From the NCBI GenBank assembly GCA_020061515.1, contig JAGUYC010000313.1:1-59002 (forward strand): 59,002 nucleotides of DNA, in the 5' to 3' direction. Positions 44,011 through 52,523 of the stretch are shown piece by piece. The notes under the pieces are model-generated. The model was given only the letters and a program-made list of their open reading frames with translations. It did no database searches and was not told where the DNA came from. Position 1 is the first letter of the stretch. The number at the start of each line of letters is the position of its first letter. The position numbers and the translations under genes were made by a program. Source of the stretch: Gemmatimonadota bacterium (GTDB taxonomy: Bacteria > Orphanbacterota > Orphanbacteria > Orphanbacterales > Orphanbacteraceae).

Positions 44011-44790
44011 ATGGAGCGCAAAACTCTCCAAGAGAACATGTGGCGGCTTGCCAGAGCCCTCCGTCAGATCGAGCGGGCGCTTAAGAAAAAGGCGTGGCAG
44101 GAGGCGGAGGAAGCTGCCGGGCAGGGGCAGTCCTACTTCGGCGGCTGCGACGAGGAGATAGAAAACGCCCAGGAGGTGGCCCTGGAGGCAGCGAGAGGGG
44201 TCGTGAGGCTACTTGCTGAAGGCGTGCACCTCCCGCTGACGATCGACAGGCAGGAGCTCAGCGACGCCTGCATGTCCGTGCGTCACAACGACGCTCGCGA
44301 CGTCGTTTCCCTCATCAAGGTGATCGACCGCGCAGCCCTTGTGCTCGCTAATCCCGAGCGAGCGAGCGCAGCTCTCGAGCAGACCGGGAGCCGCTCTCGG
44401 GGACCTGGGCGCAATATGCAGGCTGACATGGTGCCCCGCGCGTTTGAGGACCCTTGCCTTCCAGATCTTCGGTGGGCGGAGGATTACTCGGTCGTGGTCC
44501 TTGGCAGGGAATCGTGGTCTTTCCGGGGGCTGCAGGCATACGCCATCGAGTTCATCATCGAGCGGAGCCTCGGACTCAGAGGACCGTACGACGTTCCGAC
44601 CTCAGCAGTCCTGGAGCGTGTCGAGGACCGAGAGCCTCGCGACGAAGAAGAGACCCAGCACCCCCGTCTTCGCGACCTGCTCAAGAGCTCTGGCGCGTAC
44701 GGCAAGGGCAAGCTCCTCATACCGGGAAGCCGTGCCGGGATGATCCGCCTGAACATTGCCCTGCCCGCCCGGAAACGCCGAGGATCTTAG
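44011..44790 (+). CDS. Hypothetical protein
   Basis: ATG 44011 preceded by GGTGGAG. Plausible, non-repetitive composition with no recognisable motifs. Confidence 0.55.
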   Translation: MERKTLQENMWRLARALRQIERALKKKAWQEAEEAAGQGQSYFGGCDEEIENAQEVALEAARGVVRLLAEGVHLPLTIDRQELSDACMSVRHNDARDVVSLIKVIDRAALVLANPERASAALEQTGSRSRGPGRNMQADMVPRAFEDPCLPDLRWAEDYSVVVLGRESWSFRGLQAYAIEFIIERSLGLRGPYDVPTSAVLERVEDREPRDEEETQHPRLRDLLKSSGAYGKGKLLIPGSRAGMIRLNIALPARKRRGS

Positions 44791-44902
44791 ATGTCGGATA
44801 GGTCTCAGAGGCTCCCTCCAGCAGTTCTGCTCTTGCCCCGCTCCCGTCCCACTTCTGGCCCATTCCCAGCCCACTTCTAGCCCGTGCGGCAGAGGTAGTC
44901 TC

Positions 44903-46165
44903 GTGAAGAACTTCGGGTCGGGCCGCTTCGCGGCCGCCCGGGCGGTGGAGGGCGCTCCACCCTCAAACGTGGACGGCCCGATCCGCCTTTGCTTGGAGCG
45001 TGGAGCTGTGCGAGAGACATCTGACGCAAGTGACGCGCCCGCCAGCGCGGGGAAGGACCCGGGGGTAGAATCGGGAGTCTCCGATTCCACCGCCACGCGT
45101 CTCGGCCGTATCGCCGTGAGCCTCGCGGACGTTTCAAAGCTGAAACTTCCGAAGCCGCGGTGGCTTATCGAGCCGATTCTGCCCCGATGTGAACTCGCAA
45201 TGCTCTATGGCGAGCCCAAGGTGGGCAAGACGTGGGTCGCTCTCGAGATCGCGCGGGTCCTTGCCACCTCAGGCGAAGGTGAGGAGGCTTCGTTCTTCGG
45301 GACGCAGGTCACGGGAGCCGGGGTCCCGGTCCTTTATGTGACACCTGAGTCGACTGCCTTAAGGATTTCCGAGCGAGCCGAGGTTCTTCGCTTCGACAAG
45401 AACGCCCGAGCCACCGTCCTGATCCTAACGCGCGAGCTCGTCGCCCGCGAGATGCGCGTGCGAGGCTCAAATGATGAGGATACCTATGACATCGCTGAGC
45501 CCGGAAGCGTGCTGAGAATGGTCCAGGACGAGTGCGATGAGATCCGGAGCAAGGTCGGGAAGCCGCCGTTTGTGATTCTGGACCCCCTGAACCAGTTCAT
45601 CGGGACTGCGGATCTGTCGAAGCCGGACGAGATCTCGCCATACATCAAGAAACTCGAGCGGTTGGCGCGTGAGGGATTCACCTCAGGGTTGCTCGCCGTC
45701 CACCATGAGCGGAAGCGTGGGCAGACAGACCGCCCTGACAGAGATACGGCATCTCTCTACGGGTCCTATCTTCTCGCTTCGCGTCCGAGGGCGTTCATCC
45801 GCGTGGTTGTGCTGCCGCGTCATGCGGAGTTGCGGTTCTGGGGTAACTACGTGAGCGATGCTCCCCCCGTACTCCTTGCGCGTGACTCGAAGGGGGATCG
45901 CGACTCGCTTCGTATCCCCTTCGTCCTGGTTGATCCAGCGGATCTGCCGAAAGGTAGACGCTCTGGGTCCGAGAGTGAGGCTCGGCTTCTCAGATATCTC
46001 GAAGAGAGCGATCGGGAGAACGGATGGAGCGCGACCGAGCTGGATCGGGCGGGTGTCGGCAAGAGGAGGACTTTGTTGGATGCGCTCCAGCACCTTGAAG
46101 CCCGAGAGAAGCTCGAGCGCGTCGGGAAGAGTTCGTTCCGTTTGCGGCGGGGAGGAAGACCGTGA
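44903..46165 (+). CDS. RepA/AAA_25-like RecA-fold ATPase of integrative elements
   Basis: WLIEPILPRCELAMLYGEPKVGKTWVALEIA (Walker A) and PFVILDPLNQF (Walker B-like), with a winged-helix-like C-terminus. The start is uncertain: GTG 44903 after GAGG, while the ORF track start is 44756. Confidence 0.65.
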   Translation: MKNFGSGRFAAARAVEGAPPSNVDGPIRLCLERGAVRETSDASDAPASAGKDPGVESGVSDSTATRLGRIAVSLADVSKLKLPKPRWLIEPILPRCELAMLYGEPKVGKTWVALEIARVLATSGEGEEASFFGTQVTGAGVPVLYVTPESTALRISERAEVLRFDKNARATVLILTRELVAREMRVRGSNDEDTYDIAEPGSVLRMVQDECDEIRSKVGKPPFVILDPLNQFIGTADLSKPDEISPYIKKLERLAREGFTSGLLAVHHERKRGQTDRPDRDTASLYGSYLLASRPRAFIRVVVLPRHAELRFWGNYVSDAPPVLLARDSKGDRDSLRIPFVLVDPADLPKGRRSGSESEARLLRYLEESDRENGWSATELDRAGVGKRRTLLDALQHLEAREKLERVGKSSFRLRRGGRP

Positions 46166-46467
46166 GAGCGACGCTGATGGCGGAGTGGCGGGATAGCCAA
46201 GCCGTGCTCGCCGCCACAAGATGTCCGGTTCGTACGGTACGTGCCCCAAGCACTTCCATGGATAGGGCGTCGCAAGGCAATCCGGCGATGGCGGCGGCGA
46301 AGGTGGCGGCGGCGATTCCCCCCTTTAGAGGGGATCTGCCGCCACCGCCGTTTCCTTCGGGTCTGCCGGACCCTGAGCGAAGCGTCAGGCCGTCGAGGGG
46401 CACTTGCCACGGTAGTAGACGGCCAGAATCACTGGTTGGCGAGGCGCAGCTCGCGGAGCACGGGTGA
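46162..46467 (+). CDS. Possible small hypothetical protein (weak call)
   Basis: Its start and stop codons overlap both neighbours (GTGA at 46162-46165; its TGA stop at 46465-46467 overlaps the GTG-ATG start at 46464-46469), which suggests translational coupling. The product is A/P/R-rich and may be spurious. Confidence 0.3.
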   Translation: MRATLMAEWRDSQAVLAATRCPVRTVRAPSTSMDRASQGNPAMAAAKVAAAIPPFRGDLPPPPFPSGLPDPERSVRPSRGTCHGSRRPESLVGEAQLAEHG

Positions 46468-46772
46468 TGGTTGTCGAAGGAGGCTCTGACACGCGAGGAG
46501 CCGGGGCTAGTCCTCCCGGAATCATCGTCGCGCTGAGCGACCTCGGCGAAGATGCGCTCATTACGGAGGGCGCCCTTGCGCGACTGCTGGGTCGCCACCC
46601 CGTCTCAGTGAAGCGAGCTGTCCGAAGAGGCGAGCTGCCGCCGCCGGTGCGGCTCCTGGGTAAGCCAACCTGGACGGTCGGGGCACTCCTCCGGCACATC
46701 GAGGACCGGCTGGAAGAGGCCGCTAGGGAGGCCGAGAAGACGGCGAGGAGGGCTGATGCACTTCGACCTTGA
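46464..46772 (+). CDS. AlpA/Xis-type excisionase-like HTH protein
   Basis: LITEGALARLLGRHPVSVKRAVRRGELPPPVRLLGKPTWTVGALLRHI is typical of AlpA/MerR-type excisionase HTH domains. It lies immediately upstream of the integrase. Confidence 0.65.
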   Translation: MMVVEGGSDTRGAGASPPGIIVALSDLGEDALITEGALARLLGRHPVSVKRAVRRGELPPPVRLLGKPTWTVGALLRHIEDRLEEAAREAEKTARRADALRP

Positions 46773-46818
46773 CTAGTACCCTCGGAGGAGTGACCCATGA
46801 TGTGGGAGGTGTGGTGAG

Positions 46819-48177
46819 ATGGCGGGCGTACGGACGAAGCCGGGAGCATCCGGTAAGTTTCAAGGGTGGTTCACACAGTATTCCGGCCGGAGAAAGTTCT
46901 TCTGGGGCACGCACAATCGGCAAGAGACTCTGCGCATCGCAAGGCGGCTTGAGGATGAACATCGGCAGGTCACCCTCGGCTACCGGCCCGCACCGAAGGA
47001 CTCGGAGAGAGCGAAGCGAAAACCGGTCGACGAGGTCATGGACGCTTACCTCTTGTGGGGGAAAGCGCAAGGGGGGCGCGGGGGACAACCTTGGAGCGCG
47101 GTTCATTTCCGAATGAAGCGAAAGTTCATCGCCTTCTGGAAGGACCGACTCGATCTCCGGACGATGGCTGACTTCGATGGAATCCTCGACAAGGTCGAGA
47201 ACACGATCGGCGATCTGATGGGCAAGGGTCTGACTCCGAAGACGGCATGGGACCACGCCGATGGTCTCCAGTCCTTCTGCAACTGGTGCGCGCGGCGGGG
47301 CCTGCTCGAGGACAACCCGCTCAAACGCCTTCAGAAGATCGACACGTCGCCGAGGACCTGCCGCCGCGCGATGACCGGGGAGGAGATCCGGCGCCTATTG
47401 GAGTCCTCCCCTCCGCACAGGCGGCTGCTCTACGAAACGGCCTTCGTCTCGGGTCTCCGAGCGGGAGAACTTCGCGCCCTTGAGGTACAGCACCTTGATG
47501 TGCGCCGGGGGGGAGTGCACCTCGACGCGAGGTGGACGAAGAACCGGAAGCCCGGATTCCAGCCGCTCCCTCGCGCACTCGTCACCCGCCTGGGCGAGTT
47601 CGCGGCGAAGGGCGAGGCGAAGCGGTTCTACGCCAAAGCCCATCGCCGATCCGACGGCAAACCTCCCGAGGAGCCGATCTTGTATGTCCCATCTCACCCG
47701 GCGCGTTCCATGGATGAAGACCTGAAAGCAGCGGGGATCCCGAAGTGGACGCCCGAGGGGAAGGTGGACTTCCACGCGGCGCGCAGCGCGTACGTCACGG
47801 CTGTAGTCGAGTCGGGCGCAAACGCGAAGGAGGCTCAGGTACTAGCCCGGCACGCAACGCCTGCGATCACCATGAACGTCTACGCCCGGACGCGCCCGGA
47901 GCGGCTCGCGGAAGTCGCGGAGAGGGTAGGGAAGACCGTGCTTCCCGATCCGGAGCGTGCCATATCCGTGCTATCGAAGGCCGTGGGCGCCGAATACGAA
48001 ACCGGCAACCCCGCTCGTAGCGCAAGGTTGCCGGTTCTTCATGATGGTGGAGGCGGCGGGAATCGAACCCGCGTCCGAAAGCGGTTCCGCGAAGGAGTCT
48101 ACGTGCGTGGCCTGATCGTTTATGTGTCGTCCTTTCCCGTCTCCGATCGGCAGGATACGAGAAGGACCGAGCCCTAA
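46819..48177 (+). CDS. Tyrosine recombinase / phage-type integrase
   Basis: Catalytic residues are in SGLRAGEL (R), FHAARSAYV (HxxR), ARHATP (H) and MNVYART (Y). RBS GGGAGG. The ORF's last ~133 nt run into the antisense ssrA gene. Confidence 0.9.
   Translation: MAGVRTKPGASGKFQGWFTQYSGRRKFFWGTHNRQETLRIARRLEDEHRQVTLGYRPAPKDSERAKRKPVDEVMDAYLLWGKAQGGRGGQPWSAVHFRMKRKFIAFWKDRLDLRTMADFDGILDKVENTIGDLMGKGLTPKTAWDHADGLQSFCNWCARRGLLEDNPLKRLQKIDTSPRTCRRAMTGEEIRRLLESSPPHRRLLYETAFVSGLRAGELRALEVQHLDVRRGGVHLDARWTKNRKPGFQPLPRALVTRLGEFAAKGEAKRFYAKAHRRSDGKPPEEPILYVPSHPARSMDEDLKAAGIPKWTPEGKVDFHAARSAYVTAVVESGANAKEAQVLARHATPAITMNVYARTRPERLAEVAERVGKTVLPDPERAISVLSKAVGAEYETGNPARSARLPVLHDGGGGGNRTRVRKRFREGVYVRGLIVYVSSFPVSDRQDTRRTEP
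48045..48067. repeat. Right direct repeat (within the intact ssrA 3' end)
   Basis: Identical to 24602-24624. Confidence 0.85.
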
Positions 48178-48403
48178 TGTCTCGCCTCTCCCCCCGGGCC
48201 AAGGATCGAGGCCAGCCCGCGTTTGACGACGCCCGTTTCCCCCCGCACGGGCGCGGGAAGAGCGGACGGACTACCTGTTGTTAGGCAGCCAGTGCCAAGT
48301 TATCGTTGGCAGTTGTGTTCTCTCACCGTTTTGACGAGGTCGGCGAGAACTCCTCGGCACGCGGCCTTCGCTTACTGCGCCCCCGTCGAATCCGTTCGCC
48401 CCC
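48045..48403 (-). ncRNA. ssrA: tmRNA (transfer-messenger RNA)
   Basis: The reverse-strand 5' end GGGGGCGAACGGATTCGACGGGG and 3' end GCGGGTTCGATTCCCGCCGCCTCCACCA form the acceptor stem with G3:U. The tag reading frame GCC AAC GAT AAC TTG GCA CTG GCT GCC TAA (48281-48310) encodes ANDNLALAA. Confidence 0.92.
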
Positions 48404-48756
48404 ATTTCTCGTTCGAGGATTGACGGACGGCCCCTCGGCACGCTCATGTACAGTATCGCTCGGATCGGCCTCCCCCGCAAGACGATCGTCGCCCCGCGCG
48501 TGCCGGGCGGGCGGCGCGCGACCTGGCGGGGGATCCGGTGGAGAGCGCCCGAGAGAGCGAGAGCCCCGTAATCTATTCAACGGCAAGATTTTGCGCCGTT
48601 CGGTCGGCCGGAGCGACCGGGATCCCCTTTCGGTGGGTTAAGAATCTTGTTGACCCGACCGATCGGTTGTAGTAGCATGATGGCCGGTAAGGAGTCGGTT
48701 CGCAACGGGGTCCGGGTATGGAACCCGGCTCATTGAGTTTTTTTCAGGAGGTGTCT

Positions 48757-49392
48757 ATGCGATCTATGCGACAGATGCTCATCGGTCTTCTCGTGCTCGG
48801 TCTCTTTGGCGTCGCGCAGGCGGACACGATCGTCTACACGGCGTCGATCCCTCTCGCGACGACCAACTGGAGCCAGTCGATGTCGATCCCGAAGTTCGAC
48901 CATCCGTGCATGCTCGACAGCGTCTGCTTCGAGCTCATGGGGTATGTCGAGGGGGCGGCGAAGTTCGAGAGCCTGGATGCGGCCCCGGCGACGGTCACGA
49001 TGAACCTGCAGGCGACGATCACCTTGAACCGTCCGAACAACACGCCGCTCGTGACGGTCATCCCGCTGGTTCAGACCGTCGACAACGTGACCGCGTTCGA
49101 CGGGGTCATCGACTTCGGCGGCACGTCCGGCCGGACGTACGAAGGCTTGTCGGGCGACGCGACCGAATCGGCTTGCGTGTCGAGCCCTGAGGATCTCGAT
49201 CTCTTCACCGGCGACGGGAACATTCTTCTCCCGACGACGGCGATTGGCACCTCGAGCGGCAGCGGCGCCGGAAACCTGATCCTTCAGTTCAACACGTCCG
49301 CTTCCGCCGGCGTGCAGGTGACCTACTTCTATACCTGCCCGGTGGGGACGGAGCAGTCGAACTGGGGTTCGATCAAGGGGCTCTTCCGGTAG
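48757..49392 (+). CDS. Secreted protein (choice-of-anchor-type beta-sandwich?) ending in ...SNWGSIKGLFR
   Basis: ATG 48757 preceded by AGGAGG. Signal peptide MRSMRQMLIGLLVLGLFGVAQA. IPKFDHPCMLDSVCFEL...AFDGVIDFGGTSG resembles families that occur with variable C-terminal sorting tags (from memory). It is followed by a strong terminator. Confidence 0.75.
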   Translation: MRSMRQMLIGLLVLGLFGVAQADTIVYTASIPLATTNWSQSMSIPKFDHPCMLDSVCFELMGYVEGAAKFESLDAAPATVTMNLQATITLNRPNNTPLVTVIPLVQTVDNVTAFDGVIDFGGTSGRTYEGLSGDATESACVSSPEDLDLFTGDGNILLPTTAIGTSSGSGAGNLILQFNTSASAGVQVTYFYTCPVGTEQSNWGSIKGLFR

Positions 49393-49416
49393 GCGCTCCT
49401 TCACTGGGTTCGTTGA

Positions 49417-49451
49417 GCGGCCCGGGTTTCGCCCGGGCCGCTTGTTTTTTT
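49417..49451 (+). terminator. Rho-independent terminator
   Basis: GCGGCCCGGG-TTTCG-CCCGGGCCGC followed by TTGTTTTTTT. Confidence 0.85.
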
Positions 49452-49590
49452 GTGCCCGCGCGGCGGGGCGACCATCGGCCGGACCGCTTCGCCTTCCGGG
49501 CGAGTTCTCTCCCTTTCTGGTAGACTCGCCTCTCGGACTCCCGGCATCTCGGTTCGACCTCCGTCCCCTCGCGAAGAGGAGAGGAGCCCC

Positions 49591-51030
49591 ATGAGCACGA
49601 AGACGAACTCCCGAGCCGCCGCCTCGCGTCGGCGCCCGAGACGAGACCCCGACGCGAAAACGTTCCCGCCGACCCGACTGGTCGGCCTCATCGGCAAGGA
49701 ACCGTCCGCTTGGACCGTGGACGATCTCATTTTCCTCTTCAAGGAGCAGGGGCTTCGCCTCGTGAGCCTGATGCACGTCGGGGGGGACGGTTGGCTGAAG
49801 ACTCTCGACTTCGTCCCGCGGAGCGAGAACCACCTTCGGGATATCCTCGAAGGAGGAGAGCGGGCCGACGGCTCGAGCCTCTTCCGGGGGACCGGGATCG
49901 AGGTGGGGCGGTCGGACATCGTGCTTCGGCCCCGCCTGGAGAGCGCGTTTCTGGATCCCTTCGCCTCGCTCCCCACCCTCGCCGTCCTCTGCGGCCACTT
50001 CGGCAGGGACGGACGGCCTCTCCCCGAATCCCCCGACACGATCGTCCGCGCCGCGTACGAGAGGCTTCGGGAGAAGACGGGCATCGATCTCTTCGCCCTC
50101 GGCGAGGTCGAGTACTTCCTCGGGAAGAGGCCCGAGGAGAGCGACGTTTACGGCGCCGACGATCGGGGCTATCACGCGAGCTCCCCCTTCGTTTTCGGCG
50201 AGGAGCTCCGCCGCCGCGCCCTCGAAGCGCTCGCGGAGATCGGTTTACCCATTAAATATGGACACAGCGAGGTCGGCTACATCGGGGCGAGGGACACGGA
50301 CGACTTCATCTGGGAGCAGCACGAGGTCGAGTTCGCGCTGACCTCGCTCCCCCAGGCGGCGGAGGCGGTCGCCCTCGCTCATTGGGTGCTTCGCAATCTC
50401 GCGCACAAGCGCGGCATGCGGGCGAGCTTCGATCCGATCATGCGGAAGGGGCACGCGGGGAGCGGGCTCCATTTCCACTTCTCGCCCGTCGTGAAGGGGA
50501 AGCACGCGGCCGACCGTACGGCGGCGGGCACATTCAAGGAACCGGCGAAGTGGCTTCTCGGCGGGCTTGTCCATCTCGGCGCCGCGCTGATGGCCTTCGG
50601 GAACCGAACCGGCGGTTCGTTCGCGAGGCTCTCGCAGGGGAAGGAATCCCCGCACTCGGTGATGTGGGGAGACGCGGACCGGAGGGCCCTCGTCCGGATC
50701 CCGATCTCCGCGCGGACCGAGAAGGGGCGGCTCGTGAGCCCGCCGACGATCGAGTTCCGTCTCCCCGACGGATCGGCCCACCCGTACCTTCTCCTCGCCG
50801 GGGTGGCGCAGGCGGTCGCGTGGGGCGCCGGGGCGAAAGGACTCGATCGGATCCTCGCGGACACCGACTCGGGTCGAATCGATCGCAATCGGCGCGCCGC
50901 GGAGCCGATCCCGCACAACTTCGAGGACGTCGTCCTCGCGATTCGAAATCACCGCGGCGTGTTCGAGGAGGGGGGAATCTTCCCGAAGCGGCTCATCGAT
51001 CGGACGATCGAGGAGCTCTCCTCGATGTGA
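49591..51030 (+). CDS. Glutamine synthetase-family protein
   Basis: ATG 49591 preceded by GAGGAG. GS catalytic-domain motifs KYGHSEVG, WEQHEVEF, GSGLHFHFS and RIP..ARTE...IEFRLPD. Confidence 0.75.
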   Translation: MSTKTNSRAAASRRRPRRDPDAKTFPPTRLVGLIGKEPSAWTVDDLIFLFKEQGLRLVSLMHVGGDGWLKTLDFVPRSENHLRDILEGGERADGSSLFRGTGIEVGRSDIVLRPRLESAFLDPFASLPTLAVLCGHFGRDGRPLPESPDTIVRAAYERLREKTGIDLFALGEVEYFLGKRPEESDVYGADDRGYHASSPFVFGEELRRRALEALAEIGLPIKYGHSEVGYIGARDTDDFIWEQHEVEFALTSLPQAAEAVALAHWVLRNLAHKRGMRASFDPIMRKGHAGSGLHFHFSPVVKGKHAADRTAAGTFKEPAKWLLGGLVHLGAALMAFGNRTGGSFARLSQGKESPHSVMWGDADRRALVRIPISARTEKGRLVSPPTIEFRLPDGSAHPYLLLAGVAQAVAWGAGAKGLDRILADTDSGRIDRNRRAAEPIPHNFEDVVLAIRNHRGVFEEGGIFPKRLIDRTIEELSSM

Positions 51031-51117
51031 CCTGGGTTCCGCGCGCGTTTTCTGCTGCGGACGCGGATCGCGGCCTCCGAGGCCTCCCTTCCGTGGGGGG
51101 TGTCTACCTGGTACCGA

Positions 51118-52380
51118 TTATTTCGACTCGGCGGCGAGGTGCGCAGTCTCTTTTCCGTAGATCTCGCTCGGGAAGAGCATCGGAAGAAGATCGTGGAGGA
51201 ACTGGCGCCTCTTGTACGCGTAGTGGCTCGCGAAGTGGCGCGCGTGGAGCGTGCGAAGGTAGTCCTCGAGCGGGAAGATCTGAACCTCGACCCCGAAGAA
51301 ATACGGGCCGGCCCCGCTCGGATCGTCCGTTAAGACATCAACAATCGATTTCAGCACGCGGAACCCGCTCGACGAGCGGACGCCCATCTTGCGGCGGTCC
51401 TTCTCTCCGGCGAGCGTGTCGACCCGGTCGCGCCATCGCAGCGGCCCGCCCAGGATGTGGATGAGCCGGCGCTCGAGCGCGTACGCCTGGCGTCGATCCC
51501 CGACGATGAACATCGCGCCGAGTAGATCCTCGACCATCTGCGGGTCGGCGATTCCCCGACGAAGCATCTTGCTCACGATCGATCCGCTGCGGCGCCCGAG
51601 CCCCGGCCAGCGAGGCCTCTCGGTCAGCGTGAGGAAGCCGTTCTTCGACGGGCGCCCCGGTTCCGGGTTTGCCTCTCTCTTGAAGCGTGAACGATAATGG
51701 TAGATGAGAACCTCGGCGTCGCCGTTCTTCTCCGGGAGCTTTCTCACCTGGAAGCGCCAGCAGGTCGCCCCGGGATCGGGAGGGACGCCGACCTCGAAGC
51801 CCTGCTCGCCGTCCTCCGCCTCCACGAAGCGGCAGCAGACCTCGATGCTCCGATGGCCGACGAGATCGATCCAAATATCTTCTTTGACGATTCTCTCGAA
51901 GCGCGCCTGATGGCGGGGGCCGTCCCGAACGCTTCGGCAGTGGTCGACATCGAAGAGGAGCTTCGCGAGATAGAGCTTGCGCTGCGCCTCGTAGCGGATC
52001 CTCGGGTCCTCTCCGTCGATCGCCGCGCGGAAGAGACGGAGCATGTCGTTCGCCCTTCGCGTGTCGGGGAGGGGGCGCATCCGGCCCGCGAAGGAGGGAG
52101 GAACAAGAAGGAGAAGATCGTCGAGATACGCGTCTGCGTCGCGGAAGTAACGTCCGAGAAGAACGCTCGAGCTCCCCTTCTCGCTCACCGGCTTGGCGTA
52201 TGAGCGGAGCATCTCTGCGTAGTAGACCGGATCGGCGAGGGCGCGCCGCATCGTCGCGACCCAGATCCGCGCGAGCGCGCCGTGGCGGCTCGGGAACCTC
52301 GGATGGAGAAACGGATGGACATCCGGCGTCGCGGGGACGGCGGGAGTCGGAACGCGCGTCTTGTTCGCCGTCGTCTTCAC
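51118..52380 (-). CDS. RelA/SpoT-fold (nucleotidyltransferase) domain protein with an unknown N-terminal domain
   Basis: SIVSKMLRRG...VEDLLGAMFIV...GFRVLKSIVDV...FGVEVQIFPLEDYLRTLHARHFASHYAYKRRQ follows the order of conserved blocks in RelA_SpoT synthetase domains (KS.SI..K, D..G.R.I, GY...H, EIQIRT....W....H..YK), but it is divergent. Confidence 0.5.
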   Translation of the reverse strand: MKTTANKTRVPTPAVPATPDVHPFLHPRFPSRHGALARIWVATMRRALADPVYYAEMLRSYAKPVSEKGSSSVLLGRYFRDADAYLDDLLLLVPPSFAGRMRPLPDTRRANDMLRLFRAAIDGEDPRIRYEAQRKLYLAKLLFDVDHCRSVRDGPRHQARFERIVKEDIWIDLVGHRSIEVCCRFVEAEDGEQGFEVGVPPDPGATCWRFQVRKLPEKNGDAEVLIYHYRSRFKREANPEPGRPSKNGFLTLTERPRWPGLGRRSGSIVSKMLRRGIADPQMVEDLLGAMFIVGDRRQAYALERRLIHILGGPLRWRDRVDTLAGEKDRRKMGVRSSSGFRVLKSIVDVLTDDPSGAGPYFFGVEVQIFPLEDYLRTLHARHFASHYAYKRRQFLHDLLPMLFPSEIYGKETAHLAAESK

Positions 52381-52523
52381 GTCCCCTATCCTACCTCAGA
52401 ACCGCGCGTTCGTCCGGGCTCGAAACGCCTCCCCCGACACACCGGAGGCTTAAGAAGGTTCCGGGCGGGCACCGGGTTGCGGCGCCCGGCGACCGATGGT
52501 ACTCTGCGGCGAGGGGGCGCTCC

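Larger units (their letters stand above)
24602..48067. mobile_element. ssrA (tmRNA)-integrated genomic island, ~23.5 kb, with defence-type cargo
   Basis: A 23-bp direct repeat at both ends. The tyrosine integrase abuts the intact ssrA 3' end. It also has an excisionase-like HTH and a RepA/AAA_25-like ATPase. Several blocks are visibly AT-richer than the flanks. Confidence 0.85.

Noticed and set aside
48598-48615. A possible fourth copy of the GTTCGG-N3-CCGAAC operator upstream of the 48757 gene (GTTCGGTCGGCCGGAGC).
   Set aside because: Only the first half-site matches. The second half is CCGGAG with an extra base, and the -10/-35 context of the other copies is absent. A different plausible promoter (TTGACC-N17-TAGCAT, ~48649-48677) is present.
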